Shown in pieces: positions 38,974-47,858 of a DNA stretch of 64,000 nt (position 1 is the stretch's first letter; every line of letters begins with the position of its first letter). A model generated the notes under the pieces. It did no database searches. It was not told where the DNA came from and saw nothing but the letters and a program-made list of their open reading frames with translations. This stretch comes from Candidatus Latescibacterota bacterium (GTDB lineage: Bacteria; Latescibacterota; UBA2968; GCA-2709665), in contig OZ244937.1 in assembly GCA_965222075.1 (NCBI GenBank), positions 3,744,001-3,808,000 on the forward strand. The letters run 5' to 3'. Made by a program: the position numbers and the translations under genes.

Positions 38974-39040
38974 AAAAGGCGGCCGCTGCCTCCCTGCCTG
39001 CGCCGGATGCTCGGCAGGCAGGTCGACAACCGTCGCCTTT
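38974..39040. terminator. Probable bidirectional terminator between convergent genes, carrying a 30-bp mini-palindrome (38993-39022)
   Basis: AAAGGCGGC...GTCGCCTTT outer stem enclosing CCTGCCTGCGCCGGATGCTCGGCAGGCAGG. Confidence 0.6.
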
Positions 39041-39083
39041 CCCTGTATTCATTCCATGTTGGGGGGTTCAATTGATACGCGCA

Positions 39084-39719
39084 TTACTCTTCAACGCCGG
39101 CCTCCTTGAGCATCCGAACAACGTCCGGATTGCCCCTTTCGGCCGCAATCATCAAAGCCGTCCTGCGGTTCTTGGCCCTTACATGCACATCTGCGCCAGC
39201 GTCCAGCAGCATCCGAACAAGCGTCGTGTCCCCCCCGTATGCCGCATACACCAGGGGCGTCCAGCCGGACGTCGCTCTCACATGCACATCCGCGCCTGCA
39301 TCCAGAAGCATCCGCACGATATCTTTGAACCCCTTATCCGCCGCATAAACCAGAGCCGTCCTGTTATCCCTGTCTTTCGCGTGCACATCCGCGCCTGCAT
39401 CCAGAAGCATCTGCACAACGGTCGTATCCCCCTTGGCTACGACCTCCATTAACGTTGTCATGCTGTACTTGTCTGCATTCACATCCGCGCCTGCATCCAG
39501 AAGCATCCGCACAACGGTCATATCCCCCTGCTTTGTCGCCATCAGGGCCGTCAGGCCGGTCTCATCGTGCGCATTCACATCTGCGCCTCCGCCCAGCAAC
39601 TCCCGCACAAGCGCTGCGTCTCCTTTCTTCGTCGCCTCAATCAACGCTTTATTGACGTTACAGGCAGTAAATAAAACAAACAGAACAAACGCCAACGCCA
39701 CAAGCCGTATACGCAACAT
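39084..39719 (-). CDS. Ankyrin-repeat lipoprotein
   Basis: Lipobox-like LFTAC; about five repeats of TAL..AA..G....VRMLLDAGADV. Confidence 0.9.
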   Translation of the reverse strand: MLRIRLVALAFVLFVLFTACNVNKALIEATKKGDAALVRELLGGGADVNAHDETGLTALMATKQGDMTVVRMLLDAGADVNADKYSMTTLMEVVAKGDTTVVQMLLDAGADVHAKDRDNRTALVYAADKGFKDIVRMLLDAGADVHVRATSGWTPLVYAAYGGDTTLVRMLLDAGADVHVRAKNRRTALMIAAERGNPDVVRMLKEAGVEE

Positions 39720-39738
39720 CCACTCCCTCCTTCAATCT

Positions 39739-40386
39739 TCAGTCTTCATGTCCCCTCGCACCGGCCTCTTTGAGCGCCTCAACGGTTTCGGCTTTGCCTT
39801 TATGTGTCGCATACACCTCGGCAGTCCAGCCGTTCCTGGCTGTCGCATTCACATCTGCGCCTCCATCCAGCAGGACGCGCACAACCTCTGTGTGCCCCCC
39901 ATATGCCGCAAAAATCAGGGCCGTCCACCCCGTCTCAACCGTCGCATTCACATCTGCGCCTCCATCCAGCAGGACGCGCACAGCGCCTGTACGGCCCTTC
40001 TCTGCGGCCTTCATCAGGGCCGTCATGCCAAACATATCGACATTTACGTCTGCACCGGCATCCAGCAGCGCCTCGATAACGGTTGTATCGCCCTTAACCG
40101 CCCCCTTCATCAGGGCCGTCATGCCATACGTATCTGCGTTCACATCTGCGCCTCCATCCAGCAGCGCCTGTACAATCGTGATATTGCCCTTTTCTGCGGC
40201 CCTCATCAAGGCCGTAACGCCCTGCTTGTCCGCATTCACATCCGCACCCACATCCAGCAATTCCTTCACAGCAGTTGAGTCACCCTTCTTCGCCGCTTCA
40301 ACCAGCTCCGTGTCCATATCCACCGTACACGCTGTGAATAGAACAAAAAGAACGAATACCGGACCTGCAAGTCGGATGCACGACAT
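39739..40386 (-). CDS. Ankyrin-repeat lipoprotein (tandem paralogue)
   Basis: Same FVLFVLFTAC signal; repeats of TALM.AA.KG....V..LLD.GADVNA. Confidence 0.9.
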   Translation of the reverse strand: MSCIRLAGPVFVLFVLFTACTVDMDTELVEAAKKGDSTAVKELLDVGADVNADKQGVTALMRAAEKGNITIVQALLDGGADVNADTYGMTALMKGAVKGDTTVIEALLDAGADVNVDMFGMTALMKAAEKGRTGAVRVLLDGGADVNATVETGWTALIFAAYGGHTEVVRVLLDGGADVNATARNGWTAEVYATHKGKAETVEALKEAGARGHED

Positions 40387-40477
40387 AACCTTCTCCCTGA
40401 CCCTTCATTCAAGTCCGCTTCCACCGTCGAAGAAGAGATTCCGGAGGCCTTTGAGACGTTCTCTTGCGCACCGGCCT

Positions 40478-41440
40478 CTACACATTCGGCTCTACCACGT
40501 ACCCCACCACCTTATCCACCACATTCAGCAACGGCGCTTCACTGCAGAATCGCCGCACATTCTCCACAATCAGATCCATCTGTCGCGCCTCGATCTCGGG
40601 CGACACCCCGGCCACGTGCGGCGTGATGATCACATTCTCCATCTCCCAGAGCGCATGGCCCTCCGGCAACGGTTCTACCTCGAACACATCCAGCCCGGCC
40701 CCGCCCAACTCCCCCGTCTTTAAGGCCGCCGTCAGCGCCGCTAAGTCCACCACCTTCCCCCGACCGATATTGACCAGAATCGCCGTCTTCTTCATCCCCT
40801 TCAGCGTCGCCGCATCAATCATACACTCCGTCTCGCCCGTATGCGGCACGCAGATCGCCAGAAAATCGACCTGCGACAGCATCTCCTGAAGCTGCGCCGG
40901 CGCATAGATCCGCTCCACATACGCCGGTGTCCCCTTCGGCGCCGGGTCCACCGCCAGCACGCGCATCCCAAACGTATGCCCCCGCTCGGCCACCGCCAGC
41001 CCGATCCCCCCCAGCCCGATAACGCCCAGCATCGTCCCCGACAGGTGGATGACCTCCGCCCCTTGCTTGTCCCACCGCCCCTCGGCCTGCCGCCGGGCGT
41101 AATGGTGCATCCCCCGGGCGAACGAGAGCACAAACGCGAACACGTGGTCTGCAATCACATCGCTGTAAATCCCCCGCTGGTTCGTCACCACCACCGAATG
41201 CTCACGCAGCTCCGGAAAGAAGAAATTGTCCAGCCCCGCGCTCGTCGCCTGCACCCAGCGCAGCTTCTTCGCCGCCGCCAGCAGCGCCTGCGTCAGTTGT
41301 CCGTAGTACGCATCCGCATCCCCAATCTGTTCCAGCGCCTCCTCCTCGGAAGGCGCTACATGCGCTTCCACGCCCAGGTCCCGAACCTTCTGCATCCACG
41401 CCTCATCCAGCGCGCGTCGAAACACCATCTTGATCGCCAT
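40478..41440 (-). CDS. D-2-hydroxyacid dehydrogenase
   Basis: GLGGIG, LVNIGRG, GLDVFEVEPL, ITPHVAG. Confidence 0.93.
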   Translation of the reverse strand: MAIKMVFRRALDEAWMQKVRDLGVEAHVAPSEEEALEQIGDADAYYGQLTQALLAAAKKLRWVQATSAGLDNFFFPELREHSVVVTNQRGIYSDVIADHVFAFVLSFARGMHHYARRQAEGRWDKQGAEVIHLSGTMLGVIGLGGIGLAVAERGHTFGMRVLAVDPAPKGTPAYVERIYAPAQLQEMLSQVDFLAICVPHTGETECMIDAATLKGMKKTAILVNIGRGKVVDLAALTAALKTGELGGAGLDVFEVEPLPEGHALWEMENVIITPHVAGVSPEIEARQMDLIVENVRRFCSEAPLLNVVDKVVGYVVEPNV

Positions 41441-41705
41441 CTCTCTCCTCTCCTCTCTCCGAACAACTTCAACGGCCCCTCCGCCGGGCGCATCCGCACG
41501 TAATCCCCCGTCGTATTGACAACAGGTTACGGATTTTATATTTTTGTATGCATCCATGTTGCATTTTCCCGACCCCCGATCCCTGACTGTCCCTGCTCCG
41601 CACAGGCCCCGGCGGCATGGCCGCCCGGCTCGGCCGGAGCCATCACCACGAAACTGTCCCGGTTACGCGTTCCACACCCACCACTTTCATCCACAAGGAG
41701 GCCCC

Positions 41706-42218
41706 GTGCCCTACGAAGACCACAAACAACAGGCCCAGGACGCCGTCACCTGCGCCGTTCTCACCATCAGCGACACCCGAACCGAAGCGGACGACAAAAG
41801 CGGAAAACTCATCAAAGACCTGTTAACAGACGCCGGACACAGCGTGGGAATCTACAAAATCGTGCCCGATGAGGCGGACCGGATCCGTCGCCTGCTGGTG
41901 CAGATTGTGGAGGGTGGAACCTGCCAGGCCGTGCTTACAAACGGGGGAACGGGCATCGCGGCCCGCGATACCACCTACGAGGCCGTGGTGGGACTTCTGG
42001 AAAAACGCCTGGATGGATTCGGAGAACTCTTCCGCTTTTTAAGCTGGGATGACATTGGATCGGGCGCCATGCTCTCCCGGGCCGTCGCGGGCGTCTATTG
42101 CGACACCATGGTCTTCTGCATGCCTGGCTCTTCCGGCGCTGTCCGCCTGGCTATGGAGAAACTCATCGTCCCCGAGCTCTCCCACCTCGTCTGGGAAATC
42201 TGGAGGCAGAAGAAATAG
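41706..42218 (+). CDS. moaB: Molybdenum cofactor biosynthesis protein MoaB/MogA
   Basis: LTISDTR...DKSG, VPDE, NGGTG...RDTT.EA, GFGELFR, AMLSRA, PGS..AV; GTG start after AAGGAGG. Confidence 0.9.
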   Translation: MPYEDHKQQAQDAVTCAVLTISDTRTEADDKSGKLIKDLLTDAGHSVGIYKIVPDEADRIRRLLVQIVEGGTCQAVLTNGGTGIAARDTTYEAVVGLLEKRLDGFGELFRFLSWDDIGSGAMLSRAVAGVYCDTMVFCMPGSSGAVRLAMEKLIVPELSHLVWEIWRQKK

Positions 42219-42251
42219 CGGAGCGGCCGTGCAGGGTTTCCCAACCTTCAA

Positions 42252-43880
42252 CTACCCGGAAAACGCGCCTTCCTCCCGCGTCATCACCTCCAGCACCACC
42301 GGCCGGCCGCCTTCCACCTCCCCCAGCGCCCGCCCGATCGCCGGCACAATCTCCTCCGGCCGTTCCACCCGCTCCCCGTGCGCCCCCAGTCCCCTGGCCA
42401 CCGCCGCATAATCCCCCGTCAGGAACTTGCTGCCATACCGCTCCGTCGCCACCGGCATGTGCTCTTCGTAGCCGCCCATCGCCCCATTGTTCAGAACCAC
42501 CGTCAGAATCGGGATCTCCTCCCGAACCGCCGTCTCGAGATCCATCCCCGCCATCCCGATTGCCGCATCGCCCCACACATGCGCCACCACCTTGTCCGGA
42601 GCGGCCAGCTTCGCGCCCATCGAAAGACCCAGGGAATATCCAAGCTGGGTCGACTTGCCCCAGCCCAGGTAGCTTCTGGGAAAGAGCGCCTCGTAAAACG
42701 GAACGATCTGATCCCGCGGATTGCCCGAATCGTGCGTCAGAATTGTCCGACTCCGGTCCAGCGTCTGCATCAGATCCCAGACCACCCGGTAGGGGTTGAT
42801 CGGCACCTCGTCCGACGTCAGCTTTGGCATCCACGCTTTCAACCATGCCTCCTTCACCGACCGCAGCTCCGCATCCAGGCCGGTAAAAATCGGCCCCTCC
42901 GACCCGGCCTGCGCCTTCACCGCTTCGGTTGCCTGCTGCAAAACCAGCTTAGCATCCCCCAAAATCGCATGCTCGATCTGGTACTCGTCATTCAGATCGA
43001 ACTCATCCACCGTCGCCTGGATCAGCACCTTCCCCGGCGGGATCGGCGTGGACATAATCGACTGGGAAAAACTGCACCCGATGCCGAAAATCACATCGGC
43101 TTTATCCAGAAAGTGCCTGGCTGCCCCGGAAATTGTATGCGCCGCCGTCCCGGCCGAGAGCGGGTGATCTTCCGGAAACACGCTCTTGCCCGCCAGCGTG
43201 GTCACCACCGGCGCCCCCAGAAGCTCCGCAAACGCCCGGAGTTCCGCCCAGGCGGACGCGTAGAGCACCCCCTGTCCCGCGTGGATCATCGGCGCCCTCG
43301 CCGACAGCAGCGCCCTCACCGCCCCGGCCACATCGCCCGGGTCTCCCGCCGAGCGCACGCGCCGGGAGGGCGTATACGCAAGCGCCTCCGTCAGCGCCTC
43401 GGATGCCACATCCCGGGAGACTCCCACCATCACCGGGCCCGGCCGTCCGGACTTGAGCCGGGTAAACGCGCGCCGCAGCAGCTCCGGCAGCCGGTCTGCT
43501 CCGTTGGCCCGGATCACCCACTTCGTCACCCCCCCGTAGTGCTGCTCCACGTTGAACTCCGGCCGAATCCCCCACCGCTCCCGCGCCGCCTGCCCCGGCA
43601 GAAACAGAATGGGCGAAGAATCGGCAAACGCCTGAGCCACCCCGGCAAACGCGTTTTCAACCCCCGGTCCATCCTGCACCGTGCACACACCGATGCGCTC
43701 CCCGTTGGAAACCCTGGAAAAACCGTCTGCCATATTCACCAGCGTCCGCTCCGTACGCGTCATAATCGGCCGGATGCCTCCCGCAGCCGCAGCATCAATC
43801 AACGTATTGGCCGGAAAACAGAACAGGTACTCCACCCCTTCTCGCTTCAAGATCTCCACAACAGCCTCATTGCCGGTCAT
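42252..43880 (-). CDS. Thiamine-diphosphate-dependent enzyme (acetolactate synthase-like family)
   Basis: R.E....MADG..R, GPG..N, GRPGPV, ThDP motif GDAAIGM...NN. Confidence 0.9.
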   Translation of the reverse strand: MTGNEAVVEILKREGVEYLFCFPANTLIDAAAAGGIRPIMTRTERTLVNMADGFSRVSNGERIGVCTVQDGPGVENAFAGVAQAFADSSPILFLPGQAARERWGIRPEFNVEQHYGGVTKWVIRANGADRLPELLRRAFTRLKSGRPGPVMVGVSRDVASEALTEALAYTPSRRVRSAGDPGDVAGAVRALLSARAPMIHAGQGVLYASAWAELRAFAELLGAPVVTTLAGKSVFPEDHPLSAGTAAHTISGAARHFLDKADVIFGIGCSFSQSIMSTPIPPGKVLIQATVDEFDLNDEYQIEHAILGDAKLVLQQATEAVKAQAGSEGPIFTGLDAELRSVKEAWLKAWMPKLTSDEVPINPYRVVWDLMQTLDRSRTILTHDSGNPRDQIVPFYEALFPRSYLGWGKSTQLGYSLGLSMGAKLAAPDKVVAHVWGDAAIGMAGMDLETAVREEIPILTVVLNNGAMGGYEEHMPVATERYGSKFLTGDYAAVARGLGAHGERVERPEEIVPAIGRALGEVEGGRPVVLEVMTREEGAFSG

Positions 43881-43991
43881 ACGCACCACTCCTCTATTTC
43901 GAATTGCGGACATGCGGATCATCGCGCCATCACGTAGCCCGACGCATCCACGGGTGCTGCCACCGTTCCACCAACCGCCGGCGAAGATCCA

Positions 43992-45335
43992 TCAGCGCCC
44001 GCCGCGAAATCCCCACCTTTCCTCCGCCTGAATCGACGCCACTACCCACGGGTCCTTCGTCTCCATCCGAAACGCCTGCACCTTATCCCGCATCGCCTCC
44101 GCCACATCGGCCAGATCGGCATCCTCAATCAGATTCGTCGACTCGGCCGGATCGGCTTCCACATCGAAAAGCGCCTCCCCGTCCTGGTGCAGGAACCCCT
44201 GTGTGGGCCGCTGCCCCAGCATCTCCATCCGCTCCTCCAGGACCGCCTGCCAGGTCGGCGACGCCCACAGATCGCCTGGCAGCGGCGTGGTCAGTTCCGG
44301 ATAGAGGTTCCGGACATATTTGTACTTCCGTCCCCGCAGCACCCGGTAGGGATAATAATTCGTCACCTCGTGAAACGTATGGGAGAAAAACGTCTCGTCC
44401 CATCCTTCCGGGTGCGTCTCGTCCAGGACCGGCAGCAGCGACCGCTCCGGCAGCCCCTCCGGCGGGTCCACCCCGCACCAGTCCAGCACCGTCGGCAGGA
44501 TATTGCACCAGTTCGCCAGCGCATCGCAGACCACACCCTGCTGCTCGGGCCGAACCACAATCAGCGGGCAGTGGTGCCCCGAATCGAACGACGCCCCCTT
44601 CGCTCCGGGGAAGGGCATTCCATGGTCGCTCATCACAAGAATCATCGTATCCTCCCCCCGACCCGCCTCCTCTAAGGCCCGGACCGCCATGCCGATCCCC
44701 TGGTCCAGTCGTGAAACCGACTGGTAATACTCCGCCAACTCTTCCCGCACGGCCGGGTGGTCGGGCAGAAAATTCGGCACAACCACCTCCTCCGGCGAAT
44801 ACCTCACCGCCTCCACCCCCGGGTAGGTCGCCTTATTTCCAAAGTCCCGATGCGGATCGCCAAACCCCACATGCAGGTAAAACGGCCGGTCTCCGATCCC
44901 AGAGAAAAAATCGCCAACCCTCTCCGCAATCCCCTGCACATTTCGGCCCCCGCCGCTCACCTGCTGCCCATCGTACTCCCACGGATAGACCTCCGCCGGC
45001 TGCACGTGCAGCTTCCCCACGATGCCGGTCGCAACCCCCACGGCCCCCAGTGCCTTTGGAATTGAGGGCATTGAAAGCTGCGTGTGAAAATTGTGGACCG
45101 AATGGGAATGCCCGTACTGTCCGTGGGTGTGGCTGTAATTTCCGGTCAGCAGCGACGCCCGGCTGGCCGCACACGAGGGCGTCGTGCAAAACGCCTGCGT
45201 AAACCGCGTCCCCCGCGCTGCCAACGCGTCCACGTTCGGCGTATGGATCACCGGATTTCCATAACACCCCGCAATCGGACTCCAGTCGTCGGCAATCAGC
45301 AACAGCACGTTTCGATATGCAGGCGATACAGCCAT
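43992..45335 (-). CDS. Sulfatase (N-sulfoglucosamine sulfohydrolase-like)
   Basis: NVLLLIADD, SCAASRASLLTG (CxAxR formylglycine motif variant), GKLH, DPHR, SDHG.PFP.AK. Confidence 0.92.
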   Translation of the reverse strand: MAVSPAYRNVLLLIADDWSPIAGCYGNPVIHTPNVDALAARGTRFTQAFCTTPSCAASRASLLTGNYSHTHGQYGHSHSVHNFHTQLSMPSIPKALGAVGVATGIVGKLHVQPAEVYPWEYDGQQVSGGGRNVQGIAERVGDFFSGIGDRPFYLHVGFGDPHRDFGNKATYPGVEAVRYSPEEVVVPNFLPDHPAVREELAEYYQSVSRLDQGIGMAVRALEEAGRGEDTMILVMSDHGMPFPGAKGASFDSGHHCPLIVVRPEQQGVVCDALANWCNILPTVLDWCGVDPPEGLPERSLLPVLDETHPEGWDETFFSHTFHEVTNYYPYRVLRGRKYKYVRNLYPELTTPLPGDLWASPTWQAVLEERMEMLGQRPTQGFLHQDGEALFDVEADPAESTNLIEDADLADVAEAMRDKVQAFRMETKDPWVVASIQAEERWGFRGGR

Positions 45336-45348
45336 GAAAACGCCTCCC

Positions 45349-45828
45349 CTATTTTACCATAGCCTGATCGGATACCGGATCGCTCTCCATCCCAAGCACC
45401 CAATGCCTGAGATTCGCGCTCCCCCGTTGCCTGATCCACCAGAGCGTGTACCCCATCACCAGAGCGCCGACCGTATCGTAGACCACATCCGACCAGGTTC
45501 CCACCCGCTGCAGCACAAAACTCTGGTGAACTTCATCGGGCACCGCATAGCATACGGCCAGCGCCACGCTCCAGACGAGGCAGGAGCGAAACCGCTGCGG
45601 AGCCATCCGGATCGACCGCAGCCAGAGGTAGGTCAAAATCGCGTACTCGAAGATGTGGGCGAACTTTCGAGCGAGATAGTTCACACTTCCAAAGACCTCC
45701 GCCGTAGCCTCTGCGGACAGTTCCGGGCCCCCCATCAGAAAGATCAGCCCCATCCAGACCGCAAGCGCAAAGCGCCAGTATACCTTTCCCCGTCTAAGAT
45801 CGCCCATAGAACAAAACCCGTCAAGCAC
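45349..45828 (-). CDS. VanZ family membrane protein
   Basis: RK.AH..EY.IL, YA..DE.HQ.FV..R.G...DV..D..G; exact start uncertain. Confidence 0.85.
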   Translation of the reverse strand: MLDGFCSMGDLRRGKVYWRFALAVWMGLIFLMGGPELSAEATAEVFGSVNYLARKFAHIFEYAILTYLWLRSIRMAPQRFRSCLVWSVALAVCYAVPDEVHQSFVLQRVGTWSDVVYDTVGALVMGYTLWWIRQRGSANLRHWVLGMESDPVSDQAMVK

Positions 45829-45932
45829 AATCCAAAGCCGCCCTCAAATCCCCCCTTGCGGCCCGGCCCAAACCAACGTATCTTGAACGTATATACAATA
45901 CGCGTCCCAACGATGGGGTGAACATCCCCGAC

Positions 45933-46724
45933 TCACTTCTCCGCTCTGGTTTTTAAGTCTCCCCCCGCAGCTTTCAACAGCTTGATCACATCGTCGGTCT
46001 TATCCAGCACGCCGGCATTGGCAGGAATAATAAACTCAAACAGGCTGTTGTCCAGTTCGGGGTTGAGCTCCACCTCCTCGAACCGCTGAGAGAGGATCTC
46101 ATCGCCCGAACCATCGTAAAACCGGACAAAGCGCAACAGACCGTCGGTCGGATGGATAGAGAACCGGACTTTCGTCAACCTGATCTGGAGTTCGGCCTGC
46201 ATCAGGTTCACCTGCGGCACCGCTTCAAAAACGTGGAGCGTGTCTGCGCCCAAGGGTTCGGTTCCAACAGCGCGGATGGTCTTCCACTCAAGCCCCCGGA
46301 AAGGACGGGTGGGATCTGGCTGATAGACGTCGGCTTCCCGGCCGGTTGAGCGGTAAACCCGGGCCAGGTTGATCCGAATCGCCATCTGTTCCTCGGAGTC
46401 GTAGGTCCACATGATGCTGCCGGTAGACACGGTAATTTCCCGGATACCGCCCGGAAGGACCTTCTCCAGACGAATCCGCGCGGGAACTTTGTAGGCCGCC
46501 GTGTCCCGGACCTGAATCTGCTGGCCCATCATCCGGAGCACCGTCACCACCTGCGCACGACAGGTCCTGACCGCGCTTAGTCTCTTCTGTACTTCCACAA
46601 GCACCGAATCGGTCCTGACATCGCCGGTGGACACCTTTTCGGACCCGTCGCAGGGAACGCCGAACGCCGTCATCCCGGCACAGATCGCCCATACCGCCTG
46701 AAAAACCGGGCTTTTGAGAACCAT
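45933..46724 (-). CDS. Outer-membrane lipoprotein carrier LolA-like protein
   Basis: Signal peptide, P..IRLE, VS.G..MW.YD, C-terminal N..L...LF.F..P. Confidence 0.7.
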   Translation of the reverse strand: MVLKSPVFQAVWAICAGMTAFGVPCDGSEKVSTGDVRTDSVLVEVQKRLSAVRTCRAQVVTVLRMMGQQIQVRDTAAYKVPARIRLEKVLPGGIREITVSTGSIMWTYDSEEQMAIRINLARVYRSTGREADVYQPDPTRPFRGLEWKTIRAVGTEPLGADTLHVFEAVPQVNLMQAELQIRLTKVRFSIHPTDGLLRFVRFYDGSGDEILSQRFEEVELNPELDNSLFEFIIPANAGVLDKTDDVIKLLKAAGGDLKTRAEK

Positions 46725-46877
46725 TACACACTCCTTTCGCAGGATGGAGGATGAGGGAATTTATTCTACGGGCGCGCAAGAGCCCCACCACACCCGATTT
46801 CTCGCTACGAACTCGACCGCCAGGGCATTGACTGACAGCAGCTAAGATACACCATAATTACGTTCAGGGCAAAGTGC

Positions 46878-47687
46878 ATGGAGATCGGCCTACTCGACAT
46901 CATCCTCCGCATACTCACCGGAGCAATCATCGGATTTTGTATTGGAATGACCGGGGTCGGTGGCGGCGTGATTCTTGTGCCCACCCTGACGCTCGGCTTC
47001 GGGATGGCCCCCTCTGTCTCGGTGGGAACCGCGATCCTGTATACCTTCCTGACCAAAATCTCTGCGGTCTATTACCATTTCAGGCTCAAAACCATCAACT
47101 ACCGGATCGCCTGGATCTTTCTGATCGGAGCGATTCCCGGCAGTGTGATCGCCTCCTGGTACGTCAACCACCGGGCGGGGTTTGTCCTGGATGAAGCCGC
47201 AAGAATCCAGTTTCAGGGAAACCTGAAACTCTTTATTGCCGCAGCCATGCTGGCTTCAACGGGGCTGTTGATTCTGAACCTGGTGCAAAAGCAAATGAAC
47301 GACAACCCGTCCGAACCCGGCAGCCATTCAGGTCGGGCGCCGCTTTGCATTTTGTTGGGCGCCATCATCGGCGCCATTATCGGCTCAACAGCGCTTGGAG
47401 CCGGCATCCTGGCCATCCCGGTCCTCCTCTTCTGCTTCGGTATTGCAGCAAGCCAGACCGTTGGGAGCAGCATTTTCATCGGCCTCATTCTGACCTTCAT
47501 CTCATCGTTCATTTACAGCAAGGGCGGCCAAATCCATATACCGACGGCCGTATTCATGTCGCTTGGCGCAATCGTAAGTGTCTATTATGGAAGCAGGATG
47601 ACCGTTTTGCTCTCCGAAGCAAAACTGAAAATCGTGGTCATCGGCATCATCATCGTTGCGTCGTTTCTAATGTTTTTCAAACAATAG
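46878..47687 (+). CDS. TSUP (TauE/SafE) sulfite exporter family protein
   Basis: G...GMTGVGGG..LVP, SVGT, second repeat G.T.LGAG...IP, TVGS. Confidence 0.88.
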   Translation: MEIGLLDIILRILTGAIIGFCIGMTGVGGGVILVPTLTLGFGMAPSVSVGTAILYTFLTKISAVYYHFRLKTINYRIAWIFLIGAIPGSVIASWYVNHRAGFVLDEAARIQFQGNLKLFIAAAMLASTGLLILNLVQKQMNDNPSEPGSHSGRAPLCILLGAIIGAIIGSTALGAGILAIPVLLFCFGIAASQTVGSSIFIGLILTFISSFIYSKGGQIHIPTAVFMSLGAIVSVYYGSRMTVLLSEAKLKIVVIGIIIVASFLMFFKQ

Positions 47688-47858
47688 GTTTCCTCCCCTC
47701 CGTTCACGGATGAAACGCCTTTACACCTGGGACACTCCCCACGTAAGTAGTTGATTTAGACATCAAAATTTTGCATATTTTCACCTTCACCGCAGGGACG
47801 ATCCGGGTGGCTCTGCGTCCCTGCCAACCTGCAACCCCTCATCGAAGGGAAGGCCTTC

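Noticed and set aside
41545-41705. Moco riboswitch upstream of moaB
   Set aside because: GC-rich leader, but no Moco RNA consensus that I can recognise. An Rfam scan would be needed.
42098-45202. Long Pro/Arg-rich ORFs opposite real genes (also 20724-21968, 56374-57477, 60016-63016)
   Set aside because: Typical stop-poor antisense or alternate frames of high-GC coding DNA.
47690-47858. Glycine riboswitch upstream of the AGCS symporter
   Set aside because: The conserved GGAGA...CCGAAG...CTCTCAGG elements are not seen; there is only a generic hairpin at about 47792-47824.
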